Shown piece by piece: positions 35,951 to 48,048 of a stretch of DNA of 64,000 nucleotides. The stretch is from positions 4,216,001 to 4,280,000 of the forward strand of contig CP110439.1 in assembly GCA_026914245.1 (NCBI GenBank), written 5' to 3'. How positions within the stretch are numbered: the stretch's first letter is position 1; every line of letters begins with the position of its first letter. The notes under the pieces are model-generated. The model saw only the letters and a program-made list of their open reading frames with translations. It made no database searches and was not told the origin of the DNA. Source of the stretch: Puccinia triticina. Its lineage: Eukaryota. The position numbers and the translations under genes were made by a program.

Positions 35951-37761
35951 TTGAGATCATAATTAGCCTCCCACAAAACAAAACAATTCTTCTGTTTCCA
36001 TTGTTTCTACCCCATGCAGCTTATTCTAGTAGTCATGCATTATCCGTAACAAAATTACAACCGCCCCAGTGATAATGTAACTTAAATTGTGTTGTTTTCC
36101 CTGCCTTTTGCAGACAATGTAATGGGACAATGAAAAAAGCACCAAAAAAACAGTTACTGTAACTATTACATGTTACGCGTTGTTGTGGGGTGTGGAAACT
36201 CCAAACCTGGAGTGCCAGGGGAGCCAAGAGGTGGAGCATGCGGAGCAATGAGATTCAAGGTTTTTCCCCTTCAGCCACAACACGCGTAAAGGGACGGATA
36301 ACTTAAAAAATCCTGTTATGTTACTGTTATCCCTAATGTCACTACCCATTGTTGATAGTAATATGTGAGGACAAACAATAGGTGTCAGCTTTACATGGTT
36401 AAAGCAGCTGCGGCTGAATTAAATTCAAACCAACACCTCCCCCTGCACTTGAAAATAGATGAATAGCAAAGGGTTGCTTGGAGGAGGTTAACTGATTGGT
36501 TGAGGACAAGGATGAAGCAAAATATATGAAGCTTTTTCACAAGTGACATGTCCTGAAAATTTGGCTGTTTTCAGCCAGGAAACCCCCTGTAAATGGGGGT
36601 AATGAAAATGTATGGTTTTTTTTGGCACAAACCCATAATGGTAGGCACAAAAATGGTATGAATGGGCTTTCTTGGCCTCATTGGTAAGGAATTCAAGTGG
36701 ATGAATTTTTTCTGGGTAAGGGAGGGTAGCAACTAAGATGTATGAAATTCCTGAGAATGCACCAGAAAAGCCCCCCCCCTCCGCCTCAGAAGCACACCTT
36801 GGCTTACTTTTGGTGCCCCCAGGTTTTTTTCTTTTATTACATCATTGGTCACAGGGCAGCAGAGCGGCCCATGAACCCTAGTATACCATATATATCAATG
36901 TCTCCCTTTTCATGCAGAGTAAATATTTCAAGTCCAAAAAAGAAAAGAAAAAATCCCGAGTTGTTTTCCCGGGCTCCCAGCTGGTAGGGAGCCTTTTGAG
37001 ATGGTTGTTGGAAGCCGGAGGGCGGCGAACTTAGTCAGTCCCTCTTCTGAGGGGCGGGCAGGGGCCGCTCGCGCGAAGCGCAAGCCTCCAAAGGAGGGAC
37101 TTGGGACTAAGCGGCAAAATTTGGTGTGAGTCCTGAGTACAGCTTTCACCCATTTGGCTGGTGTGAAAGTTTGGCACCACTTTTCTATAGCATCCTGGTG
37201 GCCAAATAGGCCTCCCAGGTGCCAAATTGAAGGCCTGCATCTGGCCTTCAAGACTACATAGGCCACATGTTGATGCCTTGAATGGCCTTAAAGCTACAAG
37301 GATGTAAATTCATGAAATCATGATTCCAGGATTGATCTTACACCATGCTATTGGATAAGTACATGAAAGTTTCAATTACTTTTAATAAGTACATGAAGTA
37401 TGTTTATTGTTTGAATTGAACAATTAACTACATTTGGTATGCAGGCCACTCATAAAATGTGTACAGGAGTTGAAAAAAACACACTCTGGTCGCTGGGACA
37501 AGCTCGGCATGGTTTTTGAAAGCATGTCCAGCAGCTCTACAAGGGGCTTGATGGATGGTGGATGGCTGGATGTCTGCACAAGAAGCTAGGCTTTGATTTG
37601 GTGCCACTCATGAGCCTGCCCGGGTAGTGGTTGATGTGTAATAAGAGATCCTTTGAAAATTGGGGGTTGGCCAAGCCTTAGGTGCGTCAGGATTCACACC
37701 AAAGCTTGACACTTGGGGGCAAGCCTCTCTGTGAGACAGAGACCCTGCGGGGCCCCTAACT

Positions 37762-40607
37762 TCAGGATGTAAACGGGTTGGGTTTGGGTTGGAAAACAGT
37801 GCCCGAACCCGGACCTGATAATATGTCGGGTTGGGGCGGGTCGGGTCAAAATTCCAAATACGCTGCCCAAACCTGAACCCGACTAAGTGTAGTCGGGTTT
37901 GGGTCGGGTCCGGGTTGGGTTTGGGTCAACCCGGGCTCTTTGAGCCGTTGAATGAGAATAGAGACAAGTTGGAAGGGATAGTGAGAAGAAATGATCAAAA
38001 ACAAGAAAATATATATACATTGCAGAAAATAGAAAGTTGAGAAAAAAACTAGGCTGAAGTAGAATTAATGGAAACCAGATCCAAATAGACTCCTTCATCA
38101 TCCATTATTATTGCCTCGTCCGCGCAGATCCAGGTTTGCCCGCATAAGAGTGCTTCAAGAGTGCAGGGTTTCATTCGGGTTCGATAACTACTGAGCATTC
38201 TGCCACCTGTGGAGAATGCCGACTCCGATGCAATGGAAGTCATCGGAGTCATAAGGATTGATCTTGCTAGTATAGCAAGAGTTGGGAACCGTTTGCTATG
38301 GGTGCTCCACCAGGAGAGGACAGAAAAGCTCTTGGATTCGACCAGAACTGGTGGTTCCTGGAGATAGAGATCTAGCTCGGCGGTTGTAGAGACTGATTGG
38401 GCAACCTTCTTCTGTTTGAGGTATTGCTTGAATCACTGATTGTCTTCATCGAGATTAGGCAATTTCTTTGTGTTGGTTGAGTTGTTTTCTTTGGGATTTG
38501 GGCTTGGGATATCGTTTGCAATGGATTTATTTTTCTTGCTAATCACCTCTTTAAACCAGGTCGAAAGGATACTCTTGATTTGGTTGATTGTGATTGTAGC
38601 TTGCTCATTTCCAAGCTCCTCAGAGACAATGAATTCAATGCGTTGGAACTTGCAACGTGGATCAAATACTTGGTTGATGGCTGTGAAGTCTTCCATCGGA
38701 ATCCAATACTTGTTGAATTTATCCTGCATGGGCTGTGTCATTTCTAAGATGTGAGCCAAGCTGCTGCGTAGGGAGGCTTTGAGCTGCTTATCAATCTTCT
38801 TCATAGTTTTGTAGGCAAGGTGTGCAGTTGGGTATTGCGTCATTCCAAGCGTTAAAGTAGCTTTAATAAATAAGGAGTGAATACAATGTCAGTTAATTGA
38901 TAGATGGTAATTGAACGCAACAAAGAAGAAAAGACTTACCCAAGTAGAAAACAGCCAAAAAGTCCTTCATTCTAGCAATCTCCTCCCACTCAGTTGAGGT
39001 AGGAAAATTAGAGTAGTTTGCATCTTGAATCGCTAGCTGTTCAAACACTTCTTGGTACGGGAGGGCCAACGTAAGCATTAGATAAGTAGAGTTCCAGCGG
39101 GTGGGAACATTGACTGATGGGAATGCTTGCTGGTCCATTCTAATAAAATCAATTGCTTCCTTGAAAAACTGTTTGCGCAAAGGGGTGCTCTTAGTATAAC
39201 AAACGCTCTCCCGAATCTTGTCGATAGCTTTTGAGAATATTTTAAGGCCATCCTTCACAACCAAGTTGATGACGTGGAAATACTTTCCCTTCATCTCAAG
39301 GGGGACTCCGCTCCGAGCTGAAATGACTGATATCACTCGAGTGACTGCAGAGTTGTTGGCTGTGGCGTTGTCAACGGTGATAGCTGCTACCTTATCAAAT
39401 ATCTTCCACTCAGTCATCGTAGCTACAAGTTGATTGGCAATAGCAACACCGGTGTGAGGAGTTGGAAGCCCTTTGAAGGAAATGACACAAGTCTTCAGGG
39501 TCCAGTCGGACAAAATATAGTGAGCCAAAACCACCATAAATGGTGTCTGGTTAGACAAGGTCCAGAGATCTGTGGTTAAGGCTACCCAATTAACATCAGA
39601 AATCTCGACCGCTAGCTTTTCCTTCATTGAATTGTATAGAGCCATGGTATCGGTCTTGAGGGTTGTGCGAGTAAAAAAATTGAACTGGGGTTGTAGTGAG
39701 GCAACAAAGGCTCAGAAGAGTGGTTGTTGGACAAAGACAAAAGGCTGTTTGTGTGCGATGATCATTTTAGTTAATAGTTCGCGTGAGATGTCCTGAGAAA
39801 AGATCCAATTGGTTGCTGTTGGTCCTTTTGAGCCTGCTGCTGAGAGTTTCAGCACAGTCTGCTTGGCTGCACTGATGTAGGAGCTGCATTGATCAAGGTG
39901 GCGCCATAAGTGCTTCGTACCGTTGACGCTCTTACCGTCCAGTTGTTGTTGGCAGTGTCGGCATTGAGCCTTGGTACCCTTGCCTTTAAAAAGGAAAGGA
40001 ATTAATATGTTGATTGTCAGTGGGTGCTGATGAACACATACAATTTGGAATCTGGATGGCTCAAAATAAGTGACTTACTGTTTTCTTTCTTAGTGAAGTG
40101 CTCCCATATATTGCTGGTGATCTTCTGCTTCTTTGATGGTTGGCTAGATTCTTGTGCACTGGACTGTTCTTTTTAGTTGTTCTGTTGAGTGCTTGACGGG
40201 GTCTCATCCTTGGCGGTGACTTGGGTAATAACTGCAAAGGGATTGGAATCTTCATTGGACGAAGAGGAAATCACGGTGACGGGTCGTTTCTGTTTGAAGC
40301 GGGGCATCTCTGGGGGCCAAGGATTGTTAATGCTGGATATTGATACCACCATGGCCCGTTCCATGGGGGTGGGCTTGCAAGGGAATATTAGATATGTCAC
40401 CAGTCACGGCTGACAGGTGACTTAATCGGGTCATTGTCGGGTCTTCATGCTGACCCGAAATGAAAAAGACGTGCCCAAACCCAAACCCATTTAGAGGTCG
40501 GGTCGGGGCGGGTTGGGTCAAAATTCCAAAAGACTTGCCCGAACCCGCCCCAAGACCCGCTGGTTCTTGGGTCTCTCTTGGCTCAACCCGACCCACTTGC
40601 ATCCTGA
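37762..40607 (-). mobile_element. Full-length Ac-like hAT DNA transposon (2846 bp)
   Basis: TIRs TCAGGATG...CATCCTGA; perfect 8-bp TSD CCCTAACT; subterminal acccga/tcgggt clusters at both ends. Confidence 0.95.
38049..40364 (-). pseudogene. Intron-containing hAT transposase (BED finger, DDE, dimerisation domain) with premature stops
   Basis: AQCRHC...HLWRHLDQC; ALTTDLWT; TVDNATAN; PTRWNSTYLML; FDPRCK; WW...SIASESAFSTGGR; in-frame TGA near 39712 and at 38433; start position approximate. Confidence 0.9.
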
Positions 40608-42027
40608 CCCTAACTTAACAAAGTCCCTCCTGATCTGCAGGGCTGAGTGGGGAGCAGAGTGAACCCAACCACAGGGAGGGACTTAGGACTAAAGTGGGGG
40701 TTGTGGCGCGTAGAGAACCTCGGAAAAGTGTGGTTCAGCTTACACAGGCCGTAGCTTGCTTGTTTTGTAAGCTACATATGAGCTCCCAGGCAATGATCAA
40801 TGCTCCAGCATCCCAGCTATCTTTCTGTTGACTCAGAATTTTAGCAGATCTCTTCAAACAAAAAAGAAACACTGAAGAAGCCAGACAGAAACTGGCTGTG
40901 CTTGGACCCCCAGGCTCAAGCACCACGCCAGATGAGGGTTGTTCTGGCTTGGCTTGACTCATTTCAAAAATCCACCAAAAATAGTCCGGTGGGTTGATTG
41001 ATGGGGGGGAGCTCCAAAAATCGGTGCCATGGAGGAGCTTCTAAATTCCAGTAGCTGGAATGGCCAGTGTTAAAACTACAGGCTGCAAAATACAAAGACT
41101 ACATATCTGTCACTTTTTGGTGGGTGGCCTACGTGCCACGACCCCCACATTAGGCCTCAGTCCCTCCCTGCGGGAGGGGTGGCTTCGCCACCAGCCAAAC
41201 TTAAGCTCCACCCAAATGAGCTACCACCCGAACCACCACCCGAACTCCGACCTCCCGCATAGGGAGGGACTTTGATAAGTTTAGGCGGGGCCCTCCTCCA
41301 GAGAGGCTTTGTTAAGCTCGGGAGGGCGGCGGGCGAGGGGCGCATCCAGGCGTACCCATCGCTGCGGGGTGGTTACCATGGCGGCCCGGCCGACCGTTGG
41401 CCCGCCCTGGGCGCCGGTGGGGGCGCCGCATTGCCATGGGTCACCTGTACATCCGCCAATCGGGGTCCATGTGGCGTCTTGGGGGCTGAAGAATCCAGCC
41501 GGGCGGTCGTGGCGCCAGGGCCTTGCTGAATTTGCCCCGCAGTGTTACGGCTGCAAGTTGCTTGTGATCTGCAACCAGGGTTCCTGCTTGAGGTGCCCTC
41601 ATAAGGCGTCCTCTCTCTTGCAGGGGATTTTTTCGCCCCAGCTCCTCTTCACATCCAGGCCATTCGCCAGTCTCCCCTCCTCTTTTGCGCGTGTCTAGAG
41701 TGCTGTGGCCTTGAGACAGCCCCTCTGGTTTCCCGAGTCGTTGGTTTGTTCTCGATCCGAGGCCCTCCGCCCAAGATCAGGATCGTCGCTGGCCCGGGCC
41801 GAACAGCGTGTTTGGATCTGCCGGTGCTGTGGATGGCCGTGCAGTCGACACTGGTCATGGATTGCGGCCGGCCTGAGCCGAGTGCCGAACACCCAGCAAG
41901 TGCGTCTGATTAAGATCACCCACCCGAGCCTGCCAGTGCCGCCAGCCCATCCCGGCGATCCTCGCCAGCTGACGATAAATAATCCTGCTCTCCCTCAGCA
42001 CCACCAACTAGAGTACTAGTGTTTACC

Positions 42028-44519
42028 ATGAACAAGCCCAGCTCAGCAGCAATCCTCATCACCACCACCCTGTGTCTCTACCTCTGGCTCATCCAGCACC
42101 ACCACCAGCATCCCGCGCAAACAGACCCCCTCAAGCACGCAAGCACAGACCGCAGACCACCCAGAAAACCAGCAGCCCTCCACCCCACCGCGGCTCAGCG
42201 GCTGCCCACGCGCATGGCCCACGCCTGGCTCGCCCAGGGGATCCTGCCGCCGGCCGCCATCAACAGCCAGCCGATCGACCTCCTCTGGACCTGGGCAAAC
42301 GACTCGGCGCCCTCCGACACCGTCCGGCCCTCCTCCGAGCCGGACCCGACCGCATATCTCTACCGGCAGCACGACGAGCTCCGCTTCAGCCTCCGCTCCA
42401 GCCTCCAAAGCCTCCCCCCAGCCGCTGTCCGCTCCCGGATCATCATCACCCCCGACGAGCCCAACCCACCCTCATCGGGCTTGCCCCCCGCTCAACAGGC
42501 CCGGCCTCACTGGCTCGTGCCCACCCCAGATCAACTGAACCCAAAACAATCTCATCAGCCCGTCTCCCTCACTCACCACTCCCAGATCTTCCGCTTCATC
42601 AACAGACGCCAAGCTCTCCAGGCCTTCCAATGGCTCAAAAACTATCTGCCCTCCCACAACAGGTACATTAGAAGTTGTAGGCCCAACAAACAGAACAACT
42701 GCAATCTTCCTCTCATCCACCGCTCACTGATCTTTCCCTCTGTATAGCATGGCCATTGAAAGTCAGTTCGGTCATTTAGACGGCATCCAGGATAACTTCC
42801 TCTACCTCAACGACGATTGCTTCTTCATCAATGTCCGTCCTTCCACCAAGAACCATCAATGCGCGGCTGGAAAGGCTGACAAACTGCAATCTTTGTTCCA
42901 GAAATTCAATCTGGGAGACTTCTCCAGTGAGCTATTTGGGCCGGTCTTCCGGATCCAGTTCGATCTCAAAGTCCAGGACGATCCGGAAGACCATTCGGGG
43001 ACAGTGGCTGCGCAAGGAGAGTGGCCTTCGCTAGGATACAGTTGAGTGTCCTCCACTCGTCTTCGAACCAGAACAGATCAGGCTTATAGACCGATGACAG
43101 GTAATCATCTCTTGAGTCTGCGGTTCGGCAGACGCGAGCGGAGGTACTTGAGCCATCTTCCTAAGGTCATCAACTTCCAAATCCTGCGTGAAGTCTCGGA
43201 GATCTGGAGCGAAGAGATCTTCCTCGTCAGTCCCCAAGCTACTGACGTGCAGAGCCAGCTGCGTTCATGTACTGAGAGATCGTCCGGAACGTGGGCTGTT
43301 TGTGTAGACGGCGTCGTCGAGAGTTCGTGGACAGGGCCAAGAGCTCAACATGATGTTCCTTGCCACCTGGTACCACATCGAGAAACATAGAGAGGCAATG
43401 TGAGTCGGTGTGAGAGAGAAAGAAAGAGATGGTGAAGGGAAGTTGATGTGATCATTTTTGGGAAGGTTACATTCATTTATCATGCTCCAGACGGACAGCA
43501 ACAGAGACGGCCAGATCGATGCGAAAGAGAGGGCGAAGATGATGACGCGGCTGGGGGCCGGGCAGGGGTCCACGATCGATGTGCGGAGGCCGTTCCGGCC
43601 GCGCGGCGGGGCAGTGGAGGACGGGCTGGGCACGGCGCGGCCGGCGGAGACGGACTACGAGTGGCTGTCGAGCGACGGCTACCCGTTTGCGGGCGAGGCG
43701 GGGAAGGTGGCGGACTACCGGCACGTCGGGCCGGCGACGGGGCGGGGGGTGTGTCAGCTGAACCTGACGGCCTGTTTCCCGGCGCCGCCGACGGCTGGGA
43801 CGGAGCGGGCGGAGAGCGTGCTGCGGCGGGTGGCCAGCGAGCAGCCCGGGTGCGGCGACTGTCTGCTCGCCCTCCTCGTCGGCAAACGGCCCGCCGGCAT
43901 CGACGCCCTCCTCCCGCCCGCCTCCCTCCGCACCCGCCTCGCCGAACTCGCCCGCCCCGCTGCGCTCGTCTCCACGCCCTTCTCCAGCGCCCATAAACGC
44001 GCCCCAAACACCGCCTTCTACTCCTCCCCCTTCCCCCGCCTCTCGCGCTTCTCCAGACGCGGCTTCCTCGCCGACGACCCGCGCATCTGGGCGATCCGGA
44101 ACATCCAGCGCTACCAATACGTCCTGGGTAGCTCTCTCTCTCTCTCTTCCTCCCCTGCTGAATCCCTAGCTCCTGTGCGTCTCTGATCCGGCGCGTCCTC
44201 TCTCTCTGTGTGTGTGTGTGCAGGCCACTCGCCGAATACGTTCGACGCCTTGACGACCATCTCGTCGAGTCGAATGGTGCTCGACCGTCTGTCCGAGCAG
44301 TTTGACGTCAAGCCTGCGACCAATTCCTCTTCCGCGGGCAGCTCGCCCTCGTCGTCCTCGGGAGGAGCGAGGGGCGCCAGGGCAAGTGCCGCCCATCGAG
44401 CCATGCTGGTCACCATCAACGATCGCATCTTCGGCCCCCACCTCGACCGCGTCCATCACCTCTTCACCACCTGGCTCAATACCTCGTGGCCTACTCCCGC
44501 CCCCTGGGAAAAAAATTAA
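42028..44519 (+). CDS. Stealth-family sugar-phosphotransferase (similar to Cryptococcus Xpt1-type xylosylphosphotransferases), type II membrane protein, 7 exons
   Basis: Exons 42028-42662, 42748-42832, 42902-43040, 43101-43225, 43308-43399, 43466-44127, 44224-44519 (GT-AG). N-terminal hydrophobic anchor; CR1 PIDLLWTWAN; CR2 DELRFSLRS...NSMAIE...FLYLNDDCF; CR3 RRYLSHLPK; EF-hand-like DSNRDGQIDAKE; CR4 TIND...WPTPAPWE. Confidence 0.9.
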
Positions 44520-44879
44520 CCAACAGATCTTTAAAAAAATTTACACACACACACCAATCACTCTTCTTTCATTCTCGTGTGATTCTTTTTTTTTTGGCGT
44601 TGGTTGTGTTTATAAGAACTACTGTGTATCTTGACAATGTATATCACTCATCTCATGCTTTTTTTGTATTATTTAGAATTATATCTTAGGTAGAATTAGC
44701 AGTCAAATGATTTTCTTTCTGCTCCAGTACCCTTTTTTTGGGCTGTATTTGTGGGTGCATCAGTTGGAACTAGTGACTGTATAAGTCCAACCCTTGCAGA
44801 TAAAATGCATTTATTATGATGTCCCAGACAGATGAGCATTATGATCACCACCCAAACTCACCACACAAATGTCTGCATT

Positions 44880-45062
44880 TATGGTGTTCAAAGCTGGTTT
44901 GCATAATTTTATGCATGCATAAATCATAAAATCATAAAATTTTTCTTGCAGGGGATATGACTGTCTGATGATGTAATACAAAATTTCCTCACCAAAACAT
45001 TTTTATGATTTTATGATTTATGCTGCATAAAATTATGCAAACCAACTTTGATGAACACCATG
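44880..45062. mobile_element. MITE (183 bp), 3-bp TSD ATT
   Basis: TIRs tatggtgttcaaagctggtttgcataattttatgca / tgcataaaattatgcaaaccaactttgatgaacaccatg; ATT on both sides. Confidence 0.8.
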
Positions 45063-45650
45063 ATTGTAAGATGTTTCTTTGACATATTGTTGATTGCAGC
45101 ACCTGATCAACGTCCTACCTTCTGCAAGGGATGAGTGGTTTTCAAGTGGCGTAAAATAGCCTTCACTGGGTAGTTCCAAATCAGAAAAACCTAGTGAAGC
45201 CTATTTTTGCCTCAAGCCTCTGACAGTGTACCTTGCCTCCTCCGCTGATGTAGCCCGCATTGACTGTCATGGCTTTAACACCAGGGGAGATATGTTCCCA
45301 CTCCCCAGGGAGTGCCTTACCGTAACTTTTTTCCATAACTGTGCTGGAGGCCTTTGGTAAATAAATATTGAATAGGTATGAACAAGACTGGAAGTCAGCT
45401 TGAAATCAGTTGGAATCATCCTGAAATAAACCATAACTTGCCAAGGAATAATCCAGAACTCATCTGGAATTCATCCAGAACTCATCCAAAAATAGGCCTC
45501 TCTTGGCTCCATGACCAGTGTGTCCTTTTCATGAGGATGTGAAAGGTGCAGTATGTCATATTGTCCCCCTCATGTACTCGCGTACATCAGGGGGACAATT
45601 GGTGTCTCAACACAAAGTTTTTACTTTTCATGTGGCTGTGAAAGGCCCGT

Positions 45651-47643
45651 TGTAAAGCTCAAAAGTGTTCCTGAGAACCTTTTGCTGAGTGCGGAAAGGG
45701 ATGAATGAGGTTACCTCTGCCTTTCCTGGGTCACTAGACACTAAAACAAGCCCCCCAATCTACGATTGGAAGGTTTATGTAGTGATAGTGGAGGTGTATC
45801 AAAAGATAGCCTACTTTGAGCAGGTGGCTTAAGGGTTATGGTGATGTAGCTGATGTGTAAGTGTTGTAATGAGGTTGTAATTTGTATGTAAGAGTGTAAA
45901 CCACAATATAGAGTGGGCTAATACTGTAGAGTGAGCAAGTATTGTACTGTTATGGGGTAAGCTGAGTGCAAGTAGTTTGCTGAGAGAAATTACAACTGGG
46001 GGGAGTAGAGCCTCCTTAATGTCAGCCACAGAGTACATGTCACAGTACCTTACACGTACCAAGTACCTGCAATTGTTCACATTACATATAGTACACTCCT
46101 TTTACACCTTTATTACATATGTATATCATTTGATACAAGCTTAAGAATGTACTCCTGTTATACATTACATTACAGATAACCATAGTTAAATACAGTTACC
46201 ATAATGTACTGTTGTTATGAGAGTTAAGTTACGTGCAACAGTAAGATTACAATACATTGTAATATTACTGTACAAGTGAAATACCCCAAGACAGGTATCA
46301 CTCATTTATCCCCTGTTACGCCTCAGTCCCCATTTACATAATATATTGGTTATGATATAATTAAATAAATAATACATGATGTAATCCAAGTCAAAGAGCA
46401 CTGAATGGAATCAATGATTGGTTATGATCAGCTAGTGTGCACAGCTACTGATCCAGGATCAGTACTGATCATTACACTGCCCTGATCATTTCCAATGTTG
46501 ATCCTCATGAGGATCTGCTTCCCTTGAGCGCTTCCAGTTCCCCCCTGGTCCTGAAGCGCCTCCCAGCGCCTCATATTCCCTCCTGCTCTTTCCCCTCTAT
46601 ATAAACACGCCCCTCAGGACTGTTTATCCCTCAGAATATTATTACAGCAAAGTTTAACCCATACTATAGTTAAACAGTGCTTTCATTCTCACCCATCATT
46701 CAATTCAGGAATACTCTCAACTCTTGATTACCCTTACCTTTCTGTAGTTAAAACCACAAACCCAAGTTGAGTTATTCCTTGGATGCCTATTAACACCCTG
46801 TGTTGATCTGGATGCGCCTTAATTGAGCAAGCCTCTCAGTCAAGATTACTGATAGAGTGAAACCTTTTACAGGTCTTACCACGAACCCATTGGCCCATCC
46901 TTGGCATCTTACACCATCATCTTGATAGTAACAACCCTCTCAGACACGGTTAGTTACATACAGGCTGACACTTAAATAGAAAAGAGTGAGACATTTTAGC
47001 TCCAGGGGAACAAGAGAATGAGGGGTTTTAGCTGCCCTGAAAGCTACAATGAGGTATTTTGGCTGGTGGTTGACAGGTCACATGAGGTCATGATGTCATA
47101 TGAGGGAATTTAGCTAGTGAGAAATAGGAGGTGAGATATTTTAGCTGGCCTGGCCTGTCAACTGATGTCATCTGCAAGCTGCATGAGGGGTTTTTGCTAT
47201 CTTGACACCTGCATGATGTCATCTGTCAACTGTCAGACTGCATAAGCCTGCATCAAGTGTGCATAACACTGCATGACACTGCATGACATGTGCATAACAC
47301 AATGAAATGAGTGCAGCTGATGAGGTAAAGTATATGTAAAGGTTTAGACAAGCTGTCAGGGTGGTCCATGTAACGGATTACATGTCCTGGGTAAGTGTGG
47401 TTCATGTAACGGATTACATGACCTGAGTATGGTGTTTTGTGTGTATGTAACTGAATGATGGTGTCTTGAAGGGGTTGTATCTTCTGATCCAGAGGGGTGT
47501 AAGGTGTGTTGTCCATGGTGTCCTGTGTAGTATTGGCCGGAGAATCCCGTGGTGTAGCCGTATTGGTTGATTTGAGAGTGTACATATGAGAAAAAAAGGA
47601 TATTTTGAAATGGGCTAGATGGGTAACCATAAAGCATACCACA
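45651..47643 (-). mobile_element. Solo LTR (about 1.04 kb net) with a nested solo LTR; 4-bp TSD CCGT
   Basis: TGTAAA...ACCACA termini; CCGT at 45647-45650 and 47644-47647; homologous to 33734-34665; orientation tentative. Confidence 0.85.
46020..46970 (+). mobile_element. Solo LTR (951 bp)
   Basis: Perfect TGTCAGCC...GGCTGACA ends; 5-bp TSD CTTAA. Confidence 0.93.
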
Positions 47644-48048
47644 CCGTCCTGTGATATCTCCACCTCAATGTACGCGCGTACATTAGGGTGACAATTAGCA
47701 AAGTGCAAAAAAGTTCACTTGCATGTGCAAATGTGGATTTTGAAAAGCAAAAGCAAAAAAAAAACACACAATCATTTTTGTGAAGAGGCCAGGATATGTG
47801 GCCAAACTGGGGTGGCACTGCAATCCAACCTTGACTTACCTCAGACTTTCACCCCAATACAATAGTTTATCACCATTTTTTTAGCCAAATTCAAATTAAT
47901 TACAGCATTTCCAATAAAATGGGTTTCACTAATTTTACTGCAACATTACCACATTCCAAAATTCTAAACCCAATAATACCAAGTTGACTTTTACTATAAT
48001 TTTGTACATGAGGGCATATAATGTGAATTACAAGAAACTCATTTTTTT

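Noticed and set aside
42043..44459. Many long overlapping or antisense ORFs over the Stealth gene
   Set aside because: Expected by-product of very high GC; no independent motifs.
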